A DNA stretch of 64,000 nt from Hormiphora californensis (lineage: Eukaryota > Animalia > Ctenophora). The translations under genes and the position numbers were made by a program. The stretch spans positions 2,418,001 to 2,482,000 of the forward strand of contig CM035352.1 of NCBI GenBank assembly GCA_020137815.1, written 5' to 3'. Below the pieces are notes generated by a model. The model worked only from the letters and a program-made list of their open reading frames with translations. It was not told the DNA's origin and did not search any database. Shown here piece by piece: positions 10,823-39,100 of the stretch; the first letter of the stretch is position 1, and each line of letters begins with the position of its first letter.

Positions 10823-12639
10823 ATGATGTAAGTTATTGTCTCGTCCTATGTGTACAACTACCCACATCATAATAAAATTCCTTTTTCATCACACTCACAA
10901 CCACTCTTTTATAGTCGGTCCATTGATGAGGACCTGAGGGAAGCGTGCGCCCTTGGTGACGAGGTAAAAGTTATGGATCTGGTGAGAAAGGGTGCTAATG
11001 TGAACTCTAGTAACAAGGTGAACGGATGGACTGCACTTCACTGGGCTGCATATCGGGGACACAAGTAAGTTACAAACTGCATTTTTTAGTACTCTGTCAA
11101 GTTCCAATCATCATCGTTATTGAGCTCCTACATTTTTCCAACAGACACATGAACTGCTTCTTCTAAACAGTAATTGTATATCCCAACAGAGGGATTGTTA
11201 TGGCACTACTTCACCGAGGGGCGGATCCGTTGGCAAAGAACACAAAAGGGGAGACGGTTATGGAGCTTCTCTCAAAATACTCTCTCAAACTACTCGATGG
11301 GGAGGAAGGTACTAAATGTTCTTCCTTCGTTTTCATTTTCTTCTTCAAATTATTTTAGCCGATCTAATATAAACATGTTCTATTCCCCCAGTTGAAGACG
11401 GAAAGCAGTTTCCCCTACCCGCTGACAAGGAAGTTATCAGTCACCTGCCTATTGTACCCAACTACATCCGTAACCCGACGTTTCCCTACACATCCTCCAG
11501 TGCAGGGTCCCAACAAAACCAGCCTGCAGCTGCAGCTTCACAATCGCACCCGCCACCACCCTACCAAGCCCAGCCTCCTGTTCAAGCCCCTAAAATCATA
11601 CTACCACCCCCGAACATACAAGCTACTCCCACTCGCATATCGCATGTCGGTCCTCAGTATACACCAGGGCGGGGCGTGGTACCTCCCCAGCACCAAAATA
11701 TCCGAGGACAAGTAATGTACCAAGTTATACCTGTAGCAGGGGCACCTCCAATCCTAGTCGGCTCTAGCTCTAGTACGGTAAACACTGGTGCGATAAACAC
11801 TGGCAAGGTACCTCCGGGTTTGTCTACTATGTATGCTTGTACTCCGTGCGCTCCAATCAACACTGTGCCAACCACTCAACCAGCTCCAGCCATGTATCAG
11901 GGAACTCGCCCTCCTGCTAGTAAAACACGAAGTAAGAATTACGTTTTAGGAGCATCCAATGCTATATGAAAATATGTCACTCTGGTATACATACATGTAT
12001 GTATTACTATGCCATGTCATTTATCAGTGTTATCTGTTTCAGAATTGACCCCACCTGAGGAGGGAACCCCACCACAAACACCACCCAATGTTCCATTCCC
12101 TGACCTTGGACAAGTTGTTCCCAACTTAAAAACTCCGCCCGGACAAGGCAAGCCCGCTCCACGGCCATCACCGGCTGTTGTTTTATCTCCTGGCGCTGCT
12201 AAAGCTACCATTATTGAGGAAGGTAGGTCGTCCACCAAATTATATTAATTTCAGCATTGTATAGACCACTTGTAGACCACCGGTAAGTCAGTGTAAACAA
12301 CTTCATTTTCAACTTATAGTACCACCACTGTATTGTAGACCACTTGATGACTGATTGATGGCTTGAATATCCCCCCTCACAGATCCGATAGTAAAGGTGC
12401 GGATCCAGGGAGAGGAAGATTTCTGTGAGGTTGATTTTAATGCGGTAGGAGACAACTACAAGACGCTCTGTCAATGTTTTGCAGATGAACTGGATTTGGA
12501 AGACAGCAGTTTGATCAGGAAGATCAGGAAATTACCCAATGTCCTCGTCAGGAAGGACCGGGATGTGATGAGGATAAAACCAGGGAATGAATTCGAGGTT
12601 GAAATTGGGGTAGCTGAAGTTGTCAATTTGCCTGAATAG
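10823..12639 (+). CDS. ANKRD40: Ankyrin repeat domain protein 40 (exons ~10823-10827, 10914-11064, 11190-11308, 11392-11931, 12043-12222, 12382-12639)
   Basis: LREACALGD...NVNSSNKVNGWTALHWA, LPIVPNYIRNPTFPY and the C-terminal KVRIQGEEDFCEVD...IRKLPNVLVRKDRDV match ANKRD40 architecture. Confidence 0.87.
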
Positions 12640-12947
12640 ACGCCTGATGGGCAGTTTTTATATTCACACTTCAAGCTAAACAAATCATATTTTTTAAGGG
12701 CCGATAAATGATTTCATATTTTCGATTTTTTTAATCCTATTTCTTTGACTGGTCTCGTTCGATATACAGAGTCATCACATACTGTTTGAAGAACGAGTGC
12801 AATAGTTTGAATAGTGCAACCATTTCTTGCCAACAGGCCAAATATGTCTCCCGACGGCCTGGTTTTAGAACTTTTTAATTCGTTTTTATAAACTTTAATT
12901 TACAACCGTATAAATACATTTAAATGCCTCTTCTTGAGAATCAAATA

Positions 12948-13035
12948 ATCACGTGACACTCCTTAATCCTTATATGGACATCACGTGACACTCCTTAAAT
13001 GAACATCACGTGATACTCTATAATACATCACGTGA
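12948..13035. promoter_or_regulatory. Cluster of four ATCACGTGA E-boxes plus a CArG box upstream of VIRMA
   Basis: ATCACGTGA at 12948, 12980, 13005 and 13027; CCTTATATGG at 12968-12977. Confidence 0.5.
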
Positions 13036-13058
13036 CACACTATATTCCAGTGTTTAGG

Positions 13059-28124
<15,066 letters not shown>

Positions 28125-28909
28125 ACAACTGACATTCAGGGTGTATCATGTGTGTCGTGCTGAGTGACACTCAACAAGTGTATCATTGACATCGGACAAT
28201 GGAGTTTGAAGCTGAGAACTGAAACGGATTATAGACCCCGCTGTTATAGCTGATACGTGTTTACCCGGGCTTTATTTCCCTTTATGAACCCCATTGTTTT
28301 CTAACAAACCAAAAAGAATACCCTAACTTTATATAGCGAAGTTTAATCGTAGTTGCACGATTAAACTTGTCAGTTGTTAGGGCATTCTTTCACTTTCAGT
28401 TTCAATAAAATAGGCGGGGGTTTCAACTCTTATTGGTAGAGGAACTAAAAGGGAATGAGCAAATAAACACTTTACAAGATATATAACTAGGCCGCAATAT
28501 GGAACCCATTTCTTATCATAACTCAATATTAGCACATCTTTTAAAACACACAGACAAAACCTCATCATCATCATAAACACGAAACCCAAAAATGTTTTAG
28601 CCAAAAGATAAGGAGACAAGTTAGATACGGTCTCATGGATTTTCAGGCTAAAACTTATCTGATCTGACAAAAAACCCTGTTCAACCCTTGTCTGATTTCT
28701 TCAAAACTTCGTATTTTACTTAAACATTTGTCTCTGAAGAGGACATGTATAAAACGGTAGACTCTTTCAACCCATATATTAATTATTGTATGTCATAAAC
28801 GCATACATAAAAATCTGTGATTCTCATCTCTCTCTCTCAAGCTATTCTACGGCGTATAAAATTGTGCACCAAAACATATATATCAGCAGCGAAAAAGCAG
28901 CGCAGTTCC

Positions 28910-31258
28910 CTAAACAGTTGTATGTCCACCACCACCACTACCAGGTCCACGGGGTTGGGGTACTGGCCGGTTAGGGTAGTTGTTAGCAGTATACACAGCT
29001 TGAGGGGGTGCACCGTAACTGTAACCGTGAGGGGGTGGGGGAGGTGGGTAACCATAACCACCCTCACCACCGGGCTGTTGCTGATAGCCGCCATGTTGCT
29101 GCTGGTGATAGCCACTAGGGTGTTGTTGTTGCTGGTAGCCACCCGGGTGTTGTTGTTGCTGGTGATGGTAGCCACCAGGTTGCAGTTGCTGGTACCCAGA
29201 TGGGTGGTAGGGCTGTTGTTGTTGTTGTTGTTGACTTCTCTGGTACATCCGCTGCTGTTGGTAGTACGGTACTGTCACATTTGTTGGACCTTGATCTGAA
29301 AAAGTGGCGTGTTAGCAGGAGCTTTGTGGTTAGTAGTAAGTTAGATGAGGTTCTAGATCGGACTGCGGTTCTCGCTCAAATGAGAATAGGGTCAGGCCAA
29401 TGCGCTGAAAGGGTCAGGCCAATGCTGCAGATGGCTGTCTGGCGCCGCGACCCATCTGAGCGCACTGTCGCGAATCAAATGGGGTATGGCGCCGCCATAC
29501 AGGCAGAGGGGGAGTTTTAGAAACTAACCAGGACTGGTCGTGTAGACAGGTCGGAAGGAGCTGGTGAGAGCCTGGTTTCGCTGTAGCTGGATAGTTCGTC
29601 TCTGTAGGTCATCAATACTACTTCTCCTCCGTAGGTTCTCCTCGTGAGGATTGGGTAGACCCTGGACATTGCGGAATGCAGAGCGAACTTCCGGGTCCGT
29701 AGGGCGAGTATCTCGAGGAGGGGGTAGACTTGGAGGGAGTGTTGTGGCATCTCGGGGCGGGGGTAGACTAGGAGGAGCAGCATCTCTTTTGGGAAGATCC
29801 CTAGGTTGGGTGGGAGCTGGTACTTCACGGGGTTGTGTGGGAGGTGGGACATCCCGAGGTGAGGTGTCTCTGAAGAACATCTCTCTGGTCTGCTCTCGAG
29901 GGGGACGGGGTGGACTATCCCTGATTTGGTAAACAGCGGTAGGTCGGGGACTTCTAGGGGGTGCTTTCGGGCTGCCCCGGGGAGTTATATTCCGGGGGAG
30001 AGGGGAGCTCCGGGAGGGAACAAGAGGTTTGTTTTCCAAGAGAGTCACATCCGAGAGAAGAGCGTCTATATCGAGCCATTGCTGCTGCTCTTTTGCCTGG
30101 AAATGAGGGAGTGTTATAATAGAGATATGGGCAGATAGAGAGAAAGAGTAATATATAGAGGGAAGATAGAGAGGTAATATATAATATATAGAGGGAAGAT
30201 AGAGAGGTAATATCATCCAAAATTCATTACCCAGGAAATTTGATCGCGCTAACACGTTTGTACACAGTAACACAGTATAACACACAGACCATCCTACACT
30301 ACATGTACACTCCATGCAACCACCACGGTGGGTCCAATATCTTGTTTGGCCACCCAAGTCTGCTGATCCAGTGACCAGCTCCAGTCACGCGGCGGACAGT
30401 TTGACAGTTTGATCCAAGACATGACCGGTGCCGCGCGTTAGCAGGTTGCGCGCGCGAGCTCAAACGAAAACACAAGTGTTTCTCAGGGTGCTTTGTTCAC
30501 AACGATGTCGAATCTCTGCTAGTCGCGAAAGAGTCATTCACATGCTGAGAGAAGTAGAGAGAATTCAGAATATGATGATGGCATGCGGGCTCTCACCTGT
30601 TGGCTTTTGGGGGACAGAGCTCTGTTGAGATGATTAGAGGCTGCAGCAGCAGGGGGTTTAATGGGTGTCCCGCCTGGTACCGTCTCCAACGTGGCTGTTA
30701 TCACATAAGGCTCAAGTAGAGAGTTCTGACTGGACGCCACTGGTTTGGGAACTTCAACTACTGGAGGTGGTTGTTTGTCGGTACGGGGCGGGATCTTAGG
30801 TGACGGCACTCGGTGATGGTGCAGCTGGGTTGGGAGAGTAAGGGATCTATCTGGTGAGGGAGGAATGTCACGGGAAGGAGGAAGGGAGGCATCTGCCTCA
30901 ATCACAGTATCAATAGCAGTAGGATTGATAATCTCGTTGAGGATGGAAAGGGGTGCTATCATCGCATTTCCACCACCACCACCACCACTCCTGTCTAGAC
31001 CTGGGGAGAAGGGTTGGTTAATGAAGGTTCACCCCCTGGAGCAACGATAATGGAATTTGGAATGTGGAATACGGAAAGGAGAGAGAGAGATAATGGAGAG
31101 AGAGAGAGATAATGGAGAGAAATGAGGTGGAGAGTAAAATCTGTCGACACACTTTTCCCCGGGGAATAGTACATTTGTGCAATGAGATGGTAAATTACAT
31201 ATTTACAAGTGCACAGATATTACTGGGCAGAGAGAGCGAGAGAGAGAGAGAGAGAGAA

Positions 31259-31317
<59 letters not shown>

Positions 31318-34300
31318 AAAGGCCAGTAACTGGGGGCTGCTGCATGGGTACTACCCGGAAATCATTACCCGACTCCTGTGTGTGCTTCTACAGACAATGA
31401 CTTCTACTGTGTGACGTATAGCAGCAAGGGGGAGGGGTATATGGGTGAGGGTGATAATAGGGGGAGAGAGAAGGAAGAAAGAGGGAGAGAGAGAGGAGGG
31501 TTGTTGTTAGCAACAAGTTGTTACACAATATTGGGGGTAGTTTGAAACAATGGGAGAGCCCCTCCCCCAGCGCCGCTGTAAACAATTGGGCGATAGCGGG
31601 AACGGGAGGGGATGGATAGGAAAGAGACAGAATGAGAGGAACAAAGAGAGAGAGGGGATCCGGGATGGATAGGAAAGAGACAGAAGAAGATTGAGGATAT
31701 AAAACATGTCTTTACCGGATGACTCTCTTTGTACTCGTAGCACACTATAAATTGATCAGCCATGCGACAAGTTAACCACTGCAGAGTACTTGAACTTTTC
31801 TCGTTCTCTGTGGTTCCCTCTATCTCTCTCTCCCTCTAACTCCCTCTCTCTCTGGCCTCTATATCCCCTCCCTAAGTCTACCACACATGAGTAATTACTC
31901 GTCGTCATGACAACCACGCTAGAACGCATGTGTATAAGCAGTTGAATATGTGTGGCCTCTGCATTGATACATCTGACTGGGAGGGCGAGGAGTATCATAT
32001 CATAATACGAGGGGTGGGAGAAGAATGACGGGGGGCACTAAGGGACCTCCCAGCTGGTCTCGCGTGTATCAGAGTGGGTGAATAGCAATTTGTAGAAACC
32101 ATCTGATAGGGTCATTAGTAGCATGAAGTACACAATTCATATTTCATGTGCCACCATTCAACAATCAACAGTGCAATGATCTCTCATCTTCATTCTTCTT
32201 TCAACTCCCACCTCAACCTCCAAACGTCAAAATGAACTCCATATTAGGAGTCCGCACACGAATATATGTCATATTTTTAACCCTGAATTTATCCTTTAAA
32301 AACTGTTTCTTTGTTTGTCTACTTTTGCTGGATATAATGGAATAAAATGAAGAGAAACACAAAGAGATTGTACAAGATGAGGACTAATGACAGTCATACA
32401 GTCTGTAACTGCATTCCACCTGGTGCTTCCTACATACAGTTATAACAGTGGTACAAACTAACATGTTATGTTGTGTCATCTCAAGTTTCTATCACTTCAT
32501 TATAAATCACATGCCCCTCACATATTGCCCCCATCCCGTCACATGCTTACAAGCTTTGACGTCATTGAGTCTTGTTATGACCTCACTGGGTCTACATTCC
32601 TGTAAATCAGACGCAACACAAGGGAGTGTTATGTTCATTATCCCTGATTCTCTCTCCACCCTTCATATATAACACCAGGTATCACGAATTCTTCTCTCAA
32701 TCACTGCCTACCTCTAATACTCTTCCTAGATTCCCTCTCACACTCTCAACAATGATATCTCTAATATGCTAATCTTACTCTACCTCACACACCATTCTCT
32801 CTCTCTCCCTCTCTCTCCTTACACTCGCATTCCACTCTCCAGTCTACTTCATTGTTCAACACAGCAAGATGGGGGGTAACATGAGAAGAGAGCAGAACGG
32901 GCTTGGCACAAAGCCAGCTGTTCATCTCTCAGAACGGTTCTGACTGTGAGTGAGGGATCAAATTCCCCCCGCGAGACAGGGGAATGATTGTGAACGAAAC
33001 ATTGAGTGTAACACGCTGCCCAGGTAGCCTATTCATGTTTTCATACTCTTCCAATTCATTTTGTTTCATCTCAAATTTCCATCACTCCCTTTTCCGTAGT
33101 TTTATACAATGTTTTCATTCCCTAAAGCCACTCCTTTTTATCTCGTTACTCACTTCTCTAGATGTAATTTCGTTCCCACAACTTTCCCACGATGAATTTC
33201 AGATTAGTCTAGAAAAAGATGCACGCTGTAAGATAATAGCAACAGACAATGATGTGACTATCAGTCATTGCACTTTGAAACTGTTTCAATATCGTTCTCT
33301 TCCTCATTATCAATTATCTCTCTCTTTTTCTCATTATCTCTCTCACATGATCATTGAACTGCATTTAACCATCCATGCTCTACAACAAAGCACCTTTGAA
33401 CACATCCAGGGACATACTGTATCTTTTTTCCGTTTCTCAGCTCTCTATCTTTTAATAATCCGTCTTTTCACTATCTCTCTCTCTCTTTTTCTCTTTTTCT
33501 TTCCCTCTTTTTCTCTCTCACCTGTTCCGTATACACATGTATGCATGCTTGTGAAAGAATCAGTACTGAACACATGTGCATCTAAATGACTCAACTAAAC
33601 ACCGGAGTGGCCTCTCAAAATATCCAGATTTAGATTCGTTAGGAAGACTCGCCTTACATGAGAGTGAGCTCACTCCGATCTCCCTTCTCCCTGATTTCTC
33701 ATGATACGGTCGTTCTATATTTAGGAAATGTATAAAGACCTGTCATAGAATAGAGCTGATGTATTACAGACAGGAGGACGCGAGATCGCATAGAGAGATA
33801 AATAAAGCTAGAGCCGTGTAGAGCATAAAATATGTGGGAGGATTTAAAGGGTACGGTTAGGAATGTGATGGTGTGAGCGGGAATGTGGCGGATAGAATTG
33901 ATATATTCGAGGTGGTAGTTATCATCCTGGATGTGGCGAGTTTCGAAAATAAATATCTTGCTTATTATAAAAACACTTACTTGCAGTGATACTGTTGAGG
34001 GACTCAGAAGAGCTGCGTTTCATGAATGTAGCAGGCAGGGTTTCAGATCTAACTGAGGGTGTAGGGGACCCTTTCTTCTGTTTTTGTAGTTTCAGGACCT
34101 CTTCTAATGGCATCTCTCGTAATCTTCTCTTTCGTTCCCTGATCGCATCAATTTCATCCTGTTTCCGTTTCTCCTCAGCTTCCCTCTCTAATCGTTCCCG
34201 CTGAGCGCCATCCACCTCTGAACGTTTCCGTTCTTCCTCTGCTCTCTGTGCCTCTTCCTCTTCCTTTCTCCTCCTTTCACTTTCCTCAGCAGCCCTCTTT

Positions 34301-36979
34301 CGATACAGCTCTTGCTCTGAAATAAGGGACGGGGGATAAAATGAGAGATAGAGAGGAATAGCTATAAAGATAGAAATATATTGAGAGAGAAAGTGTGTGT
34401 GTATGTGCATGTTGGCCATGCATGTAAACATAGACAAACCATTATACACATTGCCCAACAATTATCTCAAACTGTCTAATTATATGAACTGCAGTGTATG
34501 CAATTAAACTGTAGCGCTACATAACAAGGATTAACAATATAATATACCTAACACAGAATCATGCTGAACAAATAACTAACCAATTTCTTGTAGTTTCCTC
34601 TGTTGTTTCTGTTGGTTGATAAGTGGGTCCGATACCATCAAGTCATGCAACAGACTATCAATGTCATCAAACTCATCACTAACAGACCTCTTTACAGCAG
34701 GCCGGTTACTGCTCTCGAGGAGCCTCCGTTGTTCCTCAAGTTCCTGTTCCTTTCTCCGGATCTCTTCCTGGCGCCGCTGTTGTTCCTGCTGCTCCGCGAG
34801 CCGAACTTGCTCTAGCTGGGCTAATCTTTCTCGTTCCGCTTCCTCTATTCGTCTCCGAGCATCTTCCTTCTGCCGTCGTCGCTCCTCTTCTAACTGTCTT
34901 CTCTCCTCCTCCTGTCTCTGTCTCTCCATCTCACATTTAGCCTGTTCCTCTCTTTGTCTTTGTTCCTCCATCTCCTTCCTCTGCATCTCAATCAGTTCAG
35001 CTCTCCTCACCTCTCTCAGCCGCTGTATCTCTTTCGCCCTCTCTAAATCTTCCAGCTGCCTCCTCTCTATCTCCAACTGCTGCTCCTGCCTCCTCCTCTC
35101 ATCGTCTCGTTGCTGCTGGTATTGTTTCGCTTGGAGATCTGCCAAAGCTTTCTGAGCGGCCATCTGCTGCTCGTGAAGATCTCTCAACCGCTGTTCCTCG
35201 ACTTCCTTCTGCCGCTGAAGAGCCCTAATGCTATCCTCCTCTTCCCGTTTCTTCCTATCCAACTCTTCCTTCCACTCGGCTGATGCGGAGGAAGAGGAGG
35301 AGGAGAGGTCAGCTGTAGAGGAGGTGGGGGTAAAGAAGTTCTCCAGGGAAACCTGGGGTATAGAACGAGTTGCTACAGGTTGAGCTGGCGGTGCTTTCTG
35401 TCGGTCTGGGATGTACTCAGTGTCCCTGAAGAAGACATCTTCCACCAGCGGGGATTTTTGTTTTGGTGATCGTGATCGATCCGTGAATTTTGGAGATCCC
35501 ATCTTTGGGGAACTGGGGAGTGGTCGAGGGGAGGATCGACCAGGTGAGCCTTTAGGAGGGGAAAGGGATGATTTCGTGGTTAATTTCGGAGAATCCATCT
35601 TTGCTGGTCTCTCTGATGTTGTTGTCCTTGGCTCAGGACGGTACCGGGGGGCAATTGGTTCTACCTCATACTGTAGGTAGGTCATTTCATGGCCCTCAGG
35701 TGATGGTGGTCGGGTATCACTACTCAAACTACTGGTTTCTGACTCAGCACTGGTTGATTCCTCATCCTCACTTCCCTCCTTCTCCACTTCTCTTTCCTCC
35801 TCTTCCTCCACTGGTGCTGGTTGCGGAGGTGGTGCTACTTCCACCACCTCTTCCACCTCCTCAGGTCTAGGAGGTGGAGGGGGAGGAGGTATAGGGAGGG
35901 CAGACTCCTCAACAGGACTATCTGTACCCGCCTCGTGGATCCCACTATCAACAGATCCTTCGTCTGAACCCTCAGTAGGGACAGGTGGTGAAGGAACTGC
36001 AACCTCAATCAAACTCGTCACTTTCAGCTTCCTCGGGGTTGCATTCTCCACGGCTTCGGTCATTTTAGCCCTGTGTATCACTTCATCAATGTTAGTCTCT
36101 ACAAGAGGGGGAGAGAAGAAGGAATCGTCTTCATCCAGACCATTACTCAAGATATCCATTAGTTTGTCTTGATGTTCTTCCTCACCAATCACATATTCTC
36201 CCTTCGTTTCCTCGCTACTACTACCTCCACTGCTACTACTCGACTCCCCATCACTCCCCTCTGATTTCTCGGAAGAGGGCGCTTTGAAACTCCCTGCCAG
36301 GGGCGGCCTGAAGAAACTGATCTTCACTTGATCCAACTGGTTTATTCGTAGCGCAAAATCAGAGTCAGGAGTTGATTGGTCTGCTGGTTTGGCAACAGGT
36401 TGTTCGTTGTTATCTAACCGTTTCAGGACCTCAGGGTTGTTCATCATCATGTACAGACCCTCACTAGAGATATCATTCTTCTTCTTCTTGTGGTTTGATT
36501 TAACATAACGACGCTGGAAGGTTTTGGGAGCCGCATATCCAACTTGATCAGGGGCCGTGCTGAAGGTGACATTCCTTTTTCCTGGTCTGTTCTTTATCAG
36601 GACGTTCTCCTCGCTCCTGGGATAGAGGGAATATTAATACATAGCTGGCAAAAGTCGTTTCAATCACTTAGAGGTGAATTAATAACGATATCTTGCACGA
36701 CACAAACCTGTGAGAGTAGATAGAGACGAGAGGTTTCGTCAGGACAGGAGGGATAAGTGGTGCATGGGGATCATACTCCGGGTTGGGACCCTCAGAGGGA
36801 GCAGCTGGTGCAGCGGCCTCTTTCGGGAGTTTGTGTCGGGGTTTACGAAAGGAAGACTTTAGGGAAAACTTAGTCTGATTATCGGTCGGTTCTTCGGCCT
36901 CCTGCTGAAAGATATAAAATTATTATTAGATACAACAATTGACAATAGTTGATATCTAATTTGGCAAGTCACTCACCAT
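28910..36979 (-). CDS. Large disordered/coiled-coil scaffold-like protein (exons ~36979-36977, 36904-36708, 36617-34581, 34316-33981, 31000-30597, 30096-29528, 29295-28910)
   Basis: Phase-consistent GT-AG exons join ORFs 34576-36450, 33922-34461, 30534-30962, 29524-30357 and 28910-29278; Pro-rich, E/R/Q-rich helical and Q/G/Y-rich tail segments; no globular domain recognised. Confidence 0.75.
31230..31315. repeat. (GA)n microsatellite
   Basis: GA-rich run in an intron. Confidence 0.95.
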
Positions 36980-37190
36980 CACATGTTTACATCATGGGGC
37001 GTCTACGTATCCTCTACCTTCCGATTACATGCAACTACATATATTGATAAGTAATTATTAAATTCGCGCCAAAATTTACGTGATGTTAGCAAATACAATA
37101 GAAACTACGTCATTTAGCATCACAAGTTATACAAGCAAAACAAATGCATTTTACGTCCTCTACTGCTGGTATCCCACGGGAATGTTTTAA

Positions 37191-37800
37191 TCCATATAAT
37201 AAATTCCATAATGTTAGTCAGTCTGTCCGTTAATTGGTTTTTCAAACTCCTCCCACAGTTTTTGAGCTAGACCCCTGAAAATTTGTACACTGGTACCTTG
37301 GACCAAGGCGGATGTAAGTACGGGCTCAGATTTTTGTTCCGATCTTTACAGCAGTGACGTCACGGGGTGACGTCATTGCGACAAAAAGACTTACATTTTT
37401 CAAACGCTTCTAAGACCCTGAAAACGGCTCTAAATCGAAAAACTAACGCAATAGTGGGGAAAGAGAATCGTTTGAACTTCATTTTACTTGATAGCGATTT
37501 CCCGTAACTCAATGTTTAAGGGTCGTAAATCGCGTCGGGAAAGTTAAAAATGCCAAAAATACGATATTTTTCACCGTAGCCACCCAAAATCTTATCCAAT
37601 CGATATGAAACTTGGTCGTTATGTGAATTTTAATGTCCTTTGGCCAGGGGTTCCCGGAAAACGGATTGGCAAGATGAGAACTGACCGGAGTTCTTATATG
37701 ATAAATTAATTCATGGTCAACACGAAACGCAAAAAGTTTCAAAAAGGTGCGAATTTTTTAAATAAATTGTTTCCAAATAAAATGCAAAGAAATCGCGAGC
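37191..37800 (+). mobile_element. Possible non-autonomous Helitron-like repeat fragment
   Basis: A|TCCATATAATAAA...GTCAGTCTGTCCGT...GAAAATTTG resembles 5' ends of animal non-autonomous Helitrons; no 3' hairpin/CTAG end found; extent approximate. Confidence 0.3.
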
Positions 37801-38208
37801 GCGCGGCAGTTGTTTGCACCGTTAACTACAAAAAGACGCGTGCCACATTTAATTTGTCCGGTTGAACTGAAGGTACCATGTTTGCGCGCAATATTCACTC
37901 ACTGCGTGGTCATCGCGCGTTCCCGACATGTATCGAGCAAAGTGGGCCAAAATGGGGCGAGAAATCAGAGCGCTTCTGTGTTTACCACAAAAGTAAAAAA
38001 CATAAATTTAATGGGGCAAGTAAATAAATGTGAAACAAGTATAAAATTCAGGGTTAAAACTTAGGATATTTCTCGTCTGTCTCAACTTCTTTTTCAAAAG
38101 CAAACTGATTGACAAATTGTCTCGGTTCTCTTTTATAATGTCTTTATTCCAGAGTCTTTCCAGTAATCCATCAGTCCATGATGGTTCTGCGGTGATACAG
38201 ATCGGAGG

Positions 38209-38703
38209 TTACATCGCACAGGAAGAGTGGCAATGATCTGTGTTGTGTAAACTTTAACAAGTGGGCCTGCATGTCAATGGAACTGGTGTATTTCGTCTCC
38301 ACCAATTGGAATGCTCCCTCGCACCTGGAGGAGAAACATAATTAATATCGGGATTTAATACGAAAACCAAAGAAAACGAATTTAATAAATTAATTTATTA
38401 GGGAATTTAAATCAGGGTGCCCAGTGAATCAGGGTCAAATACTGTTAATTTCCTATATATGGGGGCGGGGGAGGTTATATCAGGGTCCGACTGCATTACT
38501 CTTTGTTGATTAACTCCCCGTTCATCCACTAAGTTTTGTGAAAAAATATAATAAGTAACTAACTCGATCCATACTAACTTCTTGAAGAGAAGATTGTGAG
38601 TTGGTGATTCAGCATAGAGCGATACAAGAGAGAACTGTGAGTCCTCGGGGCACGAGAGGGTGTATCCAAACATGTATTCAACATTCTCCTTTAATTCACG
38701 GAT
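38209..38703 (-). CDS. Last two exons (38703-38579, 38324-38209) of an unidentified gene
   Basis: Phase-consistent splice gives IRELKENVEYMFGYTLSCPEDSQFSLVSLYAESPTHNLLFKKCEGAFQLVETKYTSSIDMQAHLLKLHNTDHCHSSCAM*, with AATAAA downstream; upstream exons not found. Confidence 0.5.
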
Positions 38704-39100
38704 CTGTAAATAGAGAGTATTTAGGGTGTTTAGGATGTTCAGAGTGTTCCGGGTGCAGTGTTCATGGTGTTCTATAGTGGGTATATTATTATAGTACATG
38801 CCCGTGTCGTATTCAGTTCACAGTTACGCTTTACTTCAACGGGTTTTCTAGTAATAATAATAATAATAATATATACATTTGATATACCGCTTTTATGCGT
38901 TATAAATGGAGGAAACAACTAAAGAACCTAATGGCTAGTGTTGTATGAACATCTCTCCACCGCGACTAAAGCGGTCGTCTTGGATTTTGGAATAATAAAA
39001 TAAAAAGCTATGCTTAGATAATGGCCGGTGATAATAAATTAAGGTTAGATAAGTTAAAAATAGAAAATTGTTTAAAAAAACAGTTAGAAACACACACATA

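Noticed and set aside
28734-28770. CTGAAGAG... hammerhead ribozyme-like core
   Set aside because: No GAAA box or closing stems.
32984-33589. 201-aa ORF inside the scaffold gene's intron
   Set aside because: Pyrimidine-rich low-complexity composition with no domain; likely a chance ORF.
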